18,907 bases of DNA, taken from positions 1 to 18,907 of the forward strand of contig JARRQT010000075.1 in assembly GCA_037381445.1 (NCBI GenBank), given 5' to 3'. Position numbers and translations under genes: made by a program. The DNA comes from Calditrichia bacterium. GTDB lineage: Bacteria; Calditrichota; Calditrichia; RBG-13-44-9. The notes beneath the pieces are model-generated. The model saw nothing but the letters and a program-made list of their open reading frames with translations. It had not been told where the DNA came from and did no database searches. This document shows, piece after piece, positions 1 through 8,114 of the stretch (positions are counted from its first letter, which is position 1; each line of letters opens with the position of its first letter).

Positions 1-2246
1 TTCTCCAGCCATTTCTGAATTGTCCAGAGGGCCAGCAATCCCGATAAAACAGTTGTCACCAGCAGTCGCTTTATCTCCGAACTGACCAGCATGCGCACGA
101 TCTCCTGGCTGGAGGCGCCGATGGTTTTGCGAATCCCGATCTCTTTGGTGCGCTGCTGTATGGTGATGGCGGTAATGGAGGCCAGACCCAGTATGGTCAG
201 GATAATGGCCAGGATAGAACCGGCGCTGACCAACTGGATCAGCCGGTATTCGCCGCCGTACATGGCGATGAAAGCGTCCTGCAGGAACACATAATCGGGC
301 GCATATCCGGCATCATATTTGGCAAATACGCGGTTGATTTCAGCGATTGTTTTATGAGGTTCGCTTGTATTTATCCTGATGGAGATGTTAAAAATCTGAT
401 CTCTGTAGTATGTAAAAATCTCAGGTTTTATGGGATCCCGCAGAGAAGCATAATGATAGTCCCGAACCACCCCGATGACTTCCATGGGATCATTGAACAT
501 GACAATCTGCGAACCGATGGGTTCGGTCAGGCCCAGTTCCCGGACGGCTGCTTCATTCAGCACCACGGCGTTCCGGTCGGTGGGACGGCTGGCATCAAAA
601 CCCCGTCCGGCCATCAATTGCATATCATAGGTTTTTAAATAATCCGGCTGAACGCGGACTTCCCGGATTGAGATTCTGGAATCGTCCGGCTTGCCGAAGC
701 ATTTAATGGATTGTCCGCTGGCGCCTTTCCCCGGCCGGGAGTGTGCCCCGGTCACCGCTTTGATGTCCGGATAGTGCTGCAGGTCATTCTTGATCAGCGG
801 GAAAGATTTCTGCAGCTGCGGGCTTAGATTCTGGTAAGAAACCACATTCCTGGCATCAAATCCCAGGGGCATACTGTTCATATAGGTGACCTGTTTCTGC
901 AGGACCAGCAGATTTGTCAGCAGCAGCATACAGATGGCAAATTGGGCCAGAACGATTCCCTTGCGCAGCCGCTGTTTCTGCTTTCCCTTGGAACCCGTGC
1001 CCTTAAGTACCTGCACCGGTCTTTGTCTTGAAAGATACCATGCCGGATAGGCGCCGGCCAGTAATGCGGTCAGCAGAAACAGCCCGATCATCACCAGGAA
1101 GAAATCCGGCTGCAGGAGAGCGCCCATGGAAAGCGGCCTGCGGACGAGGTTCCCGAACGGCGTAACCAGCATTGAAACCACATACAGGGCAATGATAAAA
1201 GAGACGGCGGTGAACAGAAACGACTCCTTCATGAAATGCCGCACCAGTTGTAAGCGGGTGGCGCCCAGCGTCTTGCGTATGCCGGTTTCCAGCGACCGCC
1301 GGTTTCCCTGCACCAGAAACAGATTTACGAAATTGGCAATGGCGATGAGCAGAATCAGTCCGGTCAGCATGGCAAAAATGCGGATCATTCTGGGATCACC
1401 GGTATTTCCGAGCTCATATCGGGCCTGTGAATGCAGATAGATGTCGCGGAGTGGTATCAATTTGGCTTTCGGTGAATAGGAAGTGCCGTTGCTTTTGGCC
1501 CATTCTTCGCCCAGGCGCGAATAGGCCTTATCGATGTTTTCCAGGGTCATTTTTACCGGGGCATTTTTCTTGAGGGTATAATAGGTGAAGAATTCGAGTC
1601 CGCCCAGCCAATCCATATATGCATTGGCTCTCATCGGCAGCAGCGCATCAAAATTAAAATGTGTTGTTTTGGGGAGGTCGGAAACTACGGCAGAGACACG
1701 GAAAACTTGTTTTTTATCGGGCAGCACATACTCCGAAACGGTGACATTTTGGCCGATTGGGTTTGCGTCCCCGAAAAGCTTTTTTGCCGTGCTCTGGTTC
1801 AAAACAAGGGCATCCGGTGCCTGTAATGCCTGCATGGGATCTCCCGCCACGGCGTGCATGTGAAATACCCGGAAAAAAGTAGAGTCAGCATAGAAAATCT
1901 TCAAATTCCGGAAGCGTCTGTTATCGAAATTGATTTCCGGATTCAGCGTCCGGTAGAGCTGGGTGGCAGCTTCAATTCCCGGTACCATGCCGGGCAGTTC
2001 CGTATATGCCTGGCGGAGCGAAATTGAGTACTCAACCTGCGAATTATTCTCCATTACGGCGGTGTTCAGCCGGTAAATACGATCAGCATTGGGCCATTGG
2101 CGGTCGTAACTTAATTCGTGCTGTATGAAAATCAGGAGCAGCAGGGCCGCTGCCAGACCAACGGCAAAACCGAAAATTGTGACAAAAGAGGTCCACTTAT
2201 GTGCTTTAATAGTTCGGATAAAACTTTTTCTCCTGACGTTCAGCAA
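1..2246 (-). CDS. ABC transporter permease, MacB/FtsX family with duplicated halves (3' end beyond the left edge)
   Basis: Not in the ORF track because it has no stop in the window. Manual translation from TTG at 2246 (directly after an in-frame TAA) gives MLNVRRKSFIRTIKAHKWTSFVTIFGFAVGLAAALLLLIFIQHELSYDRQWPNADRIYRL. Two FtsX signature motifs lie in the same frame: RRSLETGIRKTLGA (~1260-1300) and QQRTKEIGIRKTIGA (~115-160). It reads ...LALWTIQKWLE at the edge. Frame was spot-checked, not read codon by codon. Confidence 0.9.
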   Translation of the reverse strand, partial: MLNVRRKSFIRTIKAHKWTSFVTIFGFAVGLAAALLLLIFIQHELSYDRQWPNADRIYRLNTAVMENNSQVEYSISLRQAYTELPGMVPGIEAATQLYRTLNPEINFDNRRFRNLKIFYADSTFFRVFHMHAVAGDPMQALQAPDALVLNQSTAKKLFGDANPIGQNVTVSEYVLPDKKQVFRVSAVVSDLPKTTHFNFDALLPMRANAYMDWLGGLEFFTYYTLKKNAPVKMTLENIDKAYSRLGEEWAKSNGTSYSPKAKLIPLRDIYLHSQARYELGNTGDPRMIRIFAMLTGLILLIAIANFVNLFLVQGNRRSLETGIRKTLGATRLQLVRHFMKESFLFTAVSFIIALYVVSMLVTPFGNLVRRPLSMGALLQPDFFLVMIGLFLLTALLAGAYPAWYLSRQRPVQVLKGTGSKGKQKQRLRKGIVLAQFAICMLLLTNLLVLQKQVTYMNSMPLGFDARNVVSYQNLSPQLQKSFPLIKNDLQHYPDIKAVTGAHSRPGKGASGQSIKCFGKPDDSRISIREVRVQPDYLKTYDMQLMAGRGFDASRPTDRNAVVLNEAAVRELGLTEPIGSQIVMFNDPMEVIGVVRDYHYASLRDPIKPEIFTYYRDQIFNISIRINTSEPHKTIAEINRVFAKYDAGYAPDYVFLQDAFIAMYGGEYRLIQLVSAGSILAIILTILGLASITAITIQQRTKEIGIRKTIGASSQEIVRMLVSSEIKRLLVTTVLSGLLALWTIQKWLE

Positions 2247-2291
2247 TTACTTGCCGATTCCTGTCGGGATTATTCTTCCGGGACCGGAGGC

Positions 2292-2981
2292 TTACACATG
2301 AAACTGTTCTTTGATATTTTCCGTCACCACATGGCCGTCGAACAGGTGGATAATGCGATGGCTGTATTCCGCATCGGAAGGAGAGTGGGTGACCATGATA
2401 ATGGTGGTGCCGGCTTCATTTAATCCGGTCATCAGTTTCATAACTTCATTGCCGTGGGCAGAATCCAGGTTACCGGTCGGCTCGTCCGCCAGAATCAGTT
2501 TCGGTTTCGCGACGACCGCCCGCGCGACTGCAACACGCTGCTGCTGTCCGCCGGATAGCTGCTGGGGATAGTGATTGCGGCGATGGGCAATCTGCATCTG
2601 TTCCAGTGCTTCTTCCACCTGTTTCTTGCGGTCGGAACTGGACATACCCAGGTAGAGGAGCGGAAGTTCGACATTCTCGAAAACCGTCAGTTCATCAATC
2701 AGGTTAAAACTCTGGAAGATAAAACCAATATTGGATTTCCGGAAATTCGCCCGTTTCCGTTCGCTGAATTTGGAAACTTCATTTCCATCAAAATAATAGA
2801 GCCCTTCGCTGGGATTATCCAGCAAGCCGACAATGTTAAGCAGGGTTGACTTGCCGCAGCCGGATGGTCCCATAATCGCTACAAATTCGCCTTCCTGAAC
2901 CTCGATGTTCACATTGTTCAAAGCGGTGGTTTCAACTTCTTCAGTTGCATAAATCTTTCTTAAATCCACGGTCTTGATCAT
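2292..2981 (-). CDS. ABC transporter ATP-binding protein (LolD/MacB-type)
   Basis: Walker A GPSGCGKS, signature LSGGQQQRV, Walker B ILADEPTGNLD, H-loop VTH. Start moved from 3026 to ATG 2981 (MIKTVDL), which has a GAGGAG RBS. Confidence 0.95.
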   Translation of the reverse strand: MIKTVDLRKIYATEEVETTALNNVNIEVQEGEFVAIMGPSGCGKSTLLNIVGLLDNPSEGLYYFDGNEVSKFSERKRANFRKSNIGFIFQSFNLIDELTVFENVELPLLYLGMSSSDRKKQVEEALEQMQIAHRRNHYPQQLSGGQQQRVAVARAVVAKPKLILADEPTGNLDSAHGNEVMKLMTGLNEAGTTIIMVTHSPSDAEYSHRIIHLFDGHVVTENIKEQFHV

Positions 2982-3041
2982 TTTGTTCTCCTCATTCGGT
3001 AATGGTTTAATTTCAAAAATGAACACTAAAATCTGTTAAAA

Positions 3042-3067
3042 TGGAGTAATGGAGTGCTGGAGTGTTG
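3042..3067 (+). repeat. Octamer tandem repeat (TGGAGTAA-TGGAGTGC-TGGAGTGT-TG), left arm of an inverted repeat
   Basis: 3043-3062 GGAGTAATGGAGTGCTGGAG is the exact reverse complement of 3573-3592. Confidence 0.9.
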
Positions 3068-3087
3068 AAAATTAGCCGCCATTTTCC

Positions 3088-3540
3088 TCACTCTATTTCT
3101 CCATAAATTTCATTGTTTTCCTTAATTATCAAATGATCGATCCAATCTCCGTTTTCAAGTTTTGCTTCCAGGCTGCTGATAAGTTTTAAAAGGCCATTTT
3201 CCAACTTAAAGGCCAAGGTATCCAACTGCTGAAATTCCTCTTCGCTCAGCTGTCCTGCTTTTTGATAAGCGCATATTCCTGAAACGGATTCCCCTAAAGA
3301 ACTAAGCGATATATTCAAAAAATAAAGGTATTCTTTCAATGAACGGCGACAATAACCTTCGGAAATATTCCGGTGAACAGAATCACTGGAAGCAATAGCC
3401 TGTGAACTGACTTTTTTCAATTCGTATGGAAAATTCCGGAATATCTTACAGGTCAGGCGGTAATATTCCACAGCATCCTGCCAGACGCGTAACTGCTGAT
3501 ACCCGCGATTTTTGTTTTTTCTCACAGCTAAACCTTCCAT
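3088..3540 (-). CDS. Four helix bundle protein (23S rRNA IVS-protein / Avd-like family)
   Basis: Motifs GYQQLRVWQDA, FPYELKKVSSQAIASSDSVHRNISEGYCRRSLKEYLYFLNISLSSLGE and LENGLLKLISSL fit the family pattern (L.VWQ ... Q...S..S...NI.EG..R...E...FL.IS..SL.E). Start is uncertain: ATG 3540, or GTG 3525 with a GGAAGG RBS; the track's GTG 3570 lies inside the repeat. Confidence 0.85.
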   Translation of the reverse strand: MEGLAVRKNKNRGYQQLRVWQDAVEYYRLTCKIFRNFPYELKKVSSQAIASSDSVHRNISEGYCRRSLKEYLYFLNISLSSLGESVSGICAYQKAGQLSEEEFQQLDTLAFKLENGLLKLISSLEAKLENGDWIDHLIIKENNEIYGEIE

Positions 3541-3558
3541 TTGAGTTTCAAATCTTAG

Positions 3559-3592
3559 CCAATACTCCACTGCTCCAGCACTCCATTACTCC
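3559..3592 (-). repeat. Octamer tandem repeat (minus strand GGAGTAAT-GGAGTGCT-GGAGCAGT-GGAGTATT-GG), right arm of the inverted repeat
   Basis: Four GGAG-containing 8-nt units, read directly. 3573-3592 is complementary to 3043-3062. Confidence 0.9.
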
Positions 3593-3600
3593 TTATCCGC

Positions 3601-4851
3601 TTACTTTAATACCAGTTTATCAATGTCGCCATAGCTGTCGTAGCTGGAGGTGACAACTTTATCGCCGGGCTTCAAGCCTTCCAGCACTTCAAAGTAATTG
3701 GGATTCTGGCGGCCCAGTTTGATGGACTGCCTGGTGGCAAAATCGCCGGATTTATCCACCACGTAAATCCACTGTCCGCCGGTTTTCTGATAGAACCCGC
3801 CCCGGGCAAGCAATACCGCTTCCGAAAGATCGCCCAGCGCCAGGCGAATGTGCAGGGTCTGGCCGCGGCGAATGCCCTGGGGAACGTCACCGTCGAAATA
3901 CATATCCACGCCGAAACGGCCGTTGGATACTTCGGGATAAATTTTCCTGATGACCAGATTGTAGGTTTTTCCTGCAAAATCGAACGCGCCCCGCTTGCCG
4001 ATCTGAATTCTTGCGATGTAAAATTCATCCACATCCACGCGCACTTTGAAACTGTCCAGCACATCGATCTGGCCCAGTCTTTCGCCGGGGGACTTGGATT
4101 CACCGATTTCCGCGTTAAGAGAGGTGAGCTGTCCGGTGATGGGGGCCTTGATAATTAAATTGTCCAGCTTCTGTTTTACAATCTCCAGGTTGGCCTGCAT
4201 GCGGTGGACCGATGTCTCCAGCTGGTGGATTTGCGTCTGCCGGAACAGAGAGTCCTGTTTGTAGGATTCCAGCGTGAGCGCGCGGTGCTTGACACCGTAA
4301 TTATAATCATCCCTGGATTGCTCGAATTCCTCATTCGAAATCAGATTCTTCTTGTGAAGTTCCTGGTTGCGGGTGAAGAGGCGTTTTTGCTTTTGAATCT
4401 GGTAATCGAGTTCAATCAGCTTTCCCTGCAAATCCAGGCGGGTACGCTCCATCTCCAGTCTGGTGTTCCGCAGGTTATTAATCTGCTGGAATAATTCCGC
4501 TTCGCGGTACATGATATCGAGTTGCAGGTTAGTATTGTCCAGCTTCAGAATCCTGTCGCCTTTTTCCACCAGGCTGCCTTCTTCGATGAAGCGGGTCTCC
4601 ACCCGTCCGCCTTCCACGGCATCCAGGTAAACGGTTTTGATGGGAACGACGCTTCCCGTTACGGGGATGTATTCCTGGAACGGACCCCGGGAGACAGTGC
4701 TGATGGTGACGCGGTCGGTTTCCACGTTCAGCTTTGAACTGCTGTCCCCAAACAAAAATGTGTAAATAAAAAAGAAGACAACCAAGCCCCCGAGGACGAT
4801 TCCGGCGATTTTCTTGGGCGGCCACTTTTTCTTTTCAATTACTCGATCCAT
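3601..4851 (-). CDS. Efflux periplasmic adaptor / membrane fusion protein (HlyD/MacA family)
   Basis: N-terminal TM anchor, lipoyl half-motifs (GGRVETRFIEEGSLVEKGDRILKL; IKAPITGQL), a long coiled-coil hairpin and a C-terminal EVLEGLKPGDKVV. Start placed at ATG 4851 (MDRVIEKKKW) with a GAAGGAG RBS. Confidence 0.93.
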   Translation of the reverse strand: MDRVIEKKKWPPKKIAGIVLGGLVVFFFIYTFLFGDSSSKLNVETDRVTISTVSRGPFQEYIPVTGSVVPIKTVYLDAVEGGRVETRFIEEGSLVEKGDRILKLDNTNLQLDIMYREAELFQQINNLRNTRLEMERTRLDLQGKLIELDYQIQKQKRLFTRNQELHKKNLISNEEFEQSRDDYNYGVKHRALTLESYKQDSLFRQTQIHQLETSVHRMQANLEIVKQKLDNLIIKAPITGQLTSLNAEIGESKSPGERLGQIDVLDSFKVRVDVDEFYIARIQIGKRGAFDFAGKTYNLVIRKIYPEVSNGRFGVDMYFDGDVPQGIRRGQTLHIRLALGDLSEAVLLARGGFYQKTGGQWIYVVDKSGDFATRQSIKLGRQNPNYFEVLEGLKPGDKVVTSSYDSYGDIDKLVLK

Positions 4852-4903
4852 GTTAACTCCTTCATTCGGCATTGTTGATTCTAAATTTTTTCAATAAGTG
4901 TTC

Positions 4904-4920
4904 TTCAACAACTATGCCAA
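4904..4920 (-). promoter_or_regulatory. Putative sigma54 (-24/-12) promoter of the export operon
   Basis: Minus strand TTGGCATAGTTGTTGAA versus consensus TGGCAC-N5-TTGCW: spacing is correct and the -12 element reads TTGA. It lies about 50 nt upstream of the adaptor gene and next to a sigma54 activator gene. Confidence 0.7.
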
Positions 4921-4970
4921 TATTGATTATATTGGACTTATGTTAATTTCCTTGAAATTTATTTCACAGA

Positions 4971-5011
4971 ATTGTCCGCTGATGTACAATGAGTGTCCGC
5001 TGGCGGACACT
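4971..5011. promoter_or_regulatory. Tandem palindromic sites, likely enhancer (UAS) for the adjacent NtrC-family regulator
   Basis: ATTGTCCGCTGATGTACAAT (4971-4990, imperfect) and AGTGTCCGC-TG-GCGGACACT (4992-5011, perfect 9-bp arms). Centres are 21 bp apart, upstream of the -24/-12 motif. Confidence 0.7.
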
Positions 5012-5216
5012 TGCACGGGTCCCGTATTCATCATTAAGCCCGTAATGTCTGGGCTTTCTGAGGTTATAAATTGCCTGCGAATATTGCTGGCGTTCATTTT
5101 ATATCCCGGCGTAAACCCTGCTGCGTTTGAGCGAATGTGAAAAAATGTTTTACTTTTTATGGACATACATTATATTTACTGCATTAAAGTGACATCTGGG
5201 TCAAACGGGAGACATC

Positions 5217-6593
5217 TTGAATAGGAAATTTGGAAAAGTTTTGGTCGTGGACGATGACGAAGATGTTCTTCTTGCTGCCTCTCTTTTGTTAAAAAAACAC
5301 ATTTCCCTCGTGCATACGGAAAAGAATCCGGAAATGATTCCGGTTTTGTTAAAAAATGAGAGCTACGATGTTATTTTGCTGGATATGAACTTCACGCGGG
5401 ATGTGACCAGCGGTTCGGAGGGATATTTCTGGCTGAACAAAATCCTGCAGATAGATCCGGCAGCGGTGGTTATTCTGATTACCGCCTATGGCGATGTGGA
5501 AATGGCGGTGCGCGCTGTAAAAGAGGGTGCGGTGGATTTTATCCTTAAACCCTGGCAGAATGAAAAACTGCTGGCCACCGTCTCCGCGGCCCTGCAGCTC
5601 CGGCAATCCCGACTGGAAGTTGATCAGTTGCGGCTCCAGCAGAAACAGCTCAGCGCCGATATGGACCACCAGTTTCAGGATATCATCGGGAGCAGCCCTG
5701 CCATGCAGAATGTCTTTTCAGCCATTGGCAAGGTGGCGGCAACGGATGCCAATGTTCTGATTCTGGGTGAAAACGGCACCGGAAAGGAACTGATTGCGCG
5801 GGCCATCCACCGCCAGTCGCTGCGGGCGGATAAGGTTTTCATCAGCGTGGATATGGGTGCCATCAGCGAAACCCTGTTCGAGAGCGAGCTGTTCGGACAC
5901 ATGAAGGGGGCGTTTACGGATGCCCGGGAAGACAGGGCCGGGCGGTTTGAAATTGCTTCCGGCGGAACACTTTTTCTGGATGAAATCGGAAATCTCCCGC
6001 TGGCCTTGCAGGCCAAACTGCTGACCGTGCTGCAGAGCCGGCAGGTGATCCGGGTGGGATCCAATAAGCCGCGGCCCATTGATATCCGGCTCATCTGCGC
6101 TACCAATCTGCCCATTTATGAAATGGTGAACCAGAATAAATTCCGGCAGGACCTGCTCTACCGCATCAATACGGTGGAAATTCATATTCCGCCGCTGCGG
6201 GAAAGAATCGAAGACGTCCCCTTGCTGGTGGAACATTTCTTGGGGATATATGCAAAAAAGTATAACAAGCCCCGCAAGAGACTGGCCCCGGCGACGCTCA
6301 AAAAACTTGAAAATTATCAATGGCCCGGAAATGTGAGGGAACTGCAGCACGCCATTGAGCGAGCCCTTATCATGAGCGATTCTCAGGCACTGCAGCCCCA
6401 TGATTTTTTCTTTTCAGCACCGGAAAACCGGGAAAGCACGCTGGTGTTTGACGATTATAATCTGGAGAAAGTGGAAAAGGTCGTCATCCGCAAAACCCTG
6501 AGCAAGCATGGGGGAAATGTCAGCAAGGCGGCGCAGGAACTGGGACTGACCCGCACCTCTCTTTACCGCAGGATGGAGAAATATGGTCTTTAA
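5217..6593 (+). CDS. Sigma54-dependent response regulator (REC-AAA+-Fis HTH, NtrC family)
   Basis: Receiver VLVVDDD...ILLDMN...ITAYG...KPW. AAA+ motifs GENGTGKE, ESELFGH, GAFTDA, GTLFLDEI, FRQDLLYR, WPGNVREL. HTH GNVSKAAQELGLTRTSLYRRMEKYGL. TTG start with a GGGAG RBS. Confidence 0.96.
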   Translation: MNRKFGKVLVVDDDEDVLLAASLLLKKHISLVHTEKNPEMIPVLLKNESYDVILLDMNFTRDVTSGSEGYFWLNKILQIDPAAVVILITAYGDVEMAVRAVKEGAVDFILKPWQNEKLLATVSAALQLRQSRLEVDQLRLQQKQLSADMDHQFQDIIGSSPAMQNVFSAIGKVAATDANVLILGENGTGKELIARAIHRQSLRADKVFISVDMGAISETLFESELFGHMKGAFTDAREDRAGRFEIASGGTLFLDEIGNLPLALQAKLLTVLQSRQVIRVGSNKPRPIDIRLICATNLPIYEMVNQNKFRQDLLYRINTVEIHIPPLRERIEDVPLLVEHFLGIYAKKYNKPRKRLAPATLKKLENYQWPGNVRELQHAIERALIMSDSQALQPHDFFFSAPENRESTLVFDDYNLEKVEKVVIRKTLSKHGGNVSKAAQELGLTRTSLYRRMEKYGL

Positions 6594-7983
6594 CCGTTTC
6601 AGGATGATTCTGCTGGGCCGGATTATTTTTCTGGGCCTGACGATTTTTCTCTTGTTCTACCTTCTCTTCCGGACAAATTACGTAATGGTCAATGTGCTGC
6701 TGGTTGTCATGATCATTTACCAGATTGTCATGACCTTTCATTTTGTGGAAAAAACCAACCGCGATTTGTCCCGTTTTTTTCTTTCGGTGCGAAATGCTGA
6801 TTTCACTCAGACATTTTCCGATGAGAATTTGGGGCCGTCTTTTCATGAATTAAACGAAGCGCTGACGCAGGTGTCCCGGCAATTCCTGGATTTGCGGTCG
6901 GAGAAGGAACAGCAGTTTCAGTACCTGCAGACGGTTGTGCAGCACGTCAGCATCGGTTTGATATCATTCACTCCCGATGGTGACGTGGAGCTCATCAACA
7001 CTGCCGCGAAGCATTTGTTGAACGTGAGCCAATTGAATAATATAAAATCGCTGGAAAAATTCAGCCAGCCCCTGGCCGATACGCTCCTCAGTTTGAAGTC
7101 GGGGGAGAAAACGCTGCTCAAAATCGGCGACAACTCCCGGACCCTCCATCTTTCCATCAACGCTACGGAGTTCAAAATTCAGGGCCAGAGTTACACGCTG
7201 GTTTCTCTGCAGAATATTCAGAGCGAACTGGAAAGAGAAAGAATGGCGAGGGAGCTGGAAATCGCCCACCATGTTCAGGAGAGCCTGCTGCCCAAAAAGA
7301 ACCCGGAACTTGCCGGTTATGATATTGCCGGAATCTGCATCCCTGCCAAGGAGGTGGGCGGCGATTATTTCGATTTTATTCCGCTGGGAAAAAATAAAAT
7401 GGGCGTGGTAATCGGAGACGTTTCCGGGAAAGGCGTGCCAGCCGCCATTTATATGACCCTGACCAAGGGGATTCTGCAATCCTATGTGCAGGAAAACATT
7501 TCTCCCCGGGACGTCCTCATCAAACTGAACAGGCTGCTCTACCAGACCATCGAACGGGGTGCGTTTGTGAGCCTGTTTTTTGCAATACTGGATGGGGACA
7601 AGCAGGAAGTGCATATGGCGAGGGCAGGTCACAATCCTGCGATTCACTATTCATCCGCCGCCGGAAAAACACGGCTCTTCAAACCGGACGGCATTGGACT
7701 GGGGATGGAAGAAGGGAGGATTTTTAACCGGGTGCTGAAGGAGCAAAAACTGCAGTTATCAGCAGGTGACTGGCTGGTATTCTACACCGACGGATTTACC
7801 GAAGCCATGAATGACAGCAACGATGAGTTCGGGGAAAAACGCCTGCTGCAGGTCCTGCAGGAAAACGGAGAGAAGAGCGCCGTAGAATTTTTGGATAGTC
7901 TGCAGGCCAGTGTTCGTGATTTCGTAAAAGACAAATCGCAGTTCGACGATATGACCGTTATCGCATTGAAAGTGAAGTGTTAG
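6583..7983 (+). CDS. Membrane-bound SpoIIE/RsbU-like PP2C phosphatase with N-terminal 2TM-linker-PAS-like sensor
   Basis: PP2C motifs ELEIAHHVQESLLP, EVGGDYFD, IGDVSGKGVPAA, AGHNP, FYTDGFTEA, FGEKRL, DDMT. Two N-terminal hydrophobic segments. Overlaps the regulator stop by 11 nt. Confidence 0.92.
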   Translation: MVFNRFRMILLGRIIFLGLTIFLLFYLLFRTNYVMVNVLLVVMIIYQIVMTFHFVEKTNRDLSRFFLSVRNADFTQTFSDENLGPSFHELNEALTQVSRQFLDLRSEKEQQFQYLQTVVQHVSIGLISFTPDGDVELINTAAKHLLNVSQLNNIKSLEKFSQPLADTLLSLKSGEKTLLKIGDNSRTLHLSINATEFKIQGQSYTLVSLQNIQSELERERMARELEIAHHVQESLLPKKNPELAGYDIAGICIPAKEVGGDYFDFIPLGKNKMGVVIGDVSGKGVPAAIYMTLTKGILQSYVQENISPRDVLIKLNRLLYQTIERGAFVSLFFAILDGDKQEVHMARAGHNPAIHYSSAAGKTRLFKPDGIGLGMEEGRIFNRVLKEQKLQLSAGDWLVFYTDGFTEAMNDSNDEFGEKRLLQVLQENGEKSAVEFLDSLQASVRDFVKDKSQFDDMTVIALKVKC

Positions 7984-8114
7984 ATGCTTAACTTCCCGGA
8001 CTATCGTTCCCAAAACAGAGCGATGGCTGACATTGCTATTTCCCTAAAAGGAAATATTTCCGTTGTCTTTCATGAATTTTTAGAAATCCCTGCTTTTAAA
8101 TTTCTGTAATAAAC

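Noticed and set aside
91..1863. Short plus-strand ORFs at the left end
   Set aside because: They are antisense to the permease reading frame, which the ORF track missed.
3088..3540. Diversity-generating retroelement, suggested by the Avd-like fold
   Set aside because: No reverse transcriptase and no template/variable repeat pair with adenine-specific mismatches in the window.
3042..3592. Classical IS element or CRISPR array
   Set aside because: No transposase motifs and no evident target-site duplication. The repeats are 8-mers without spacers.
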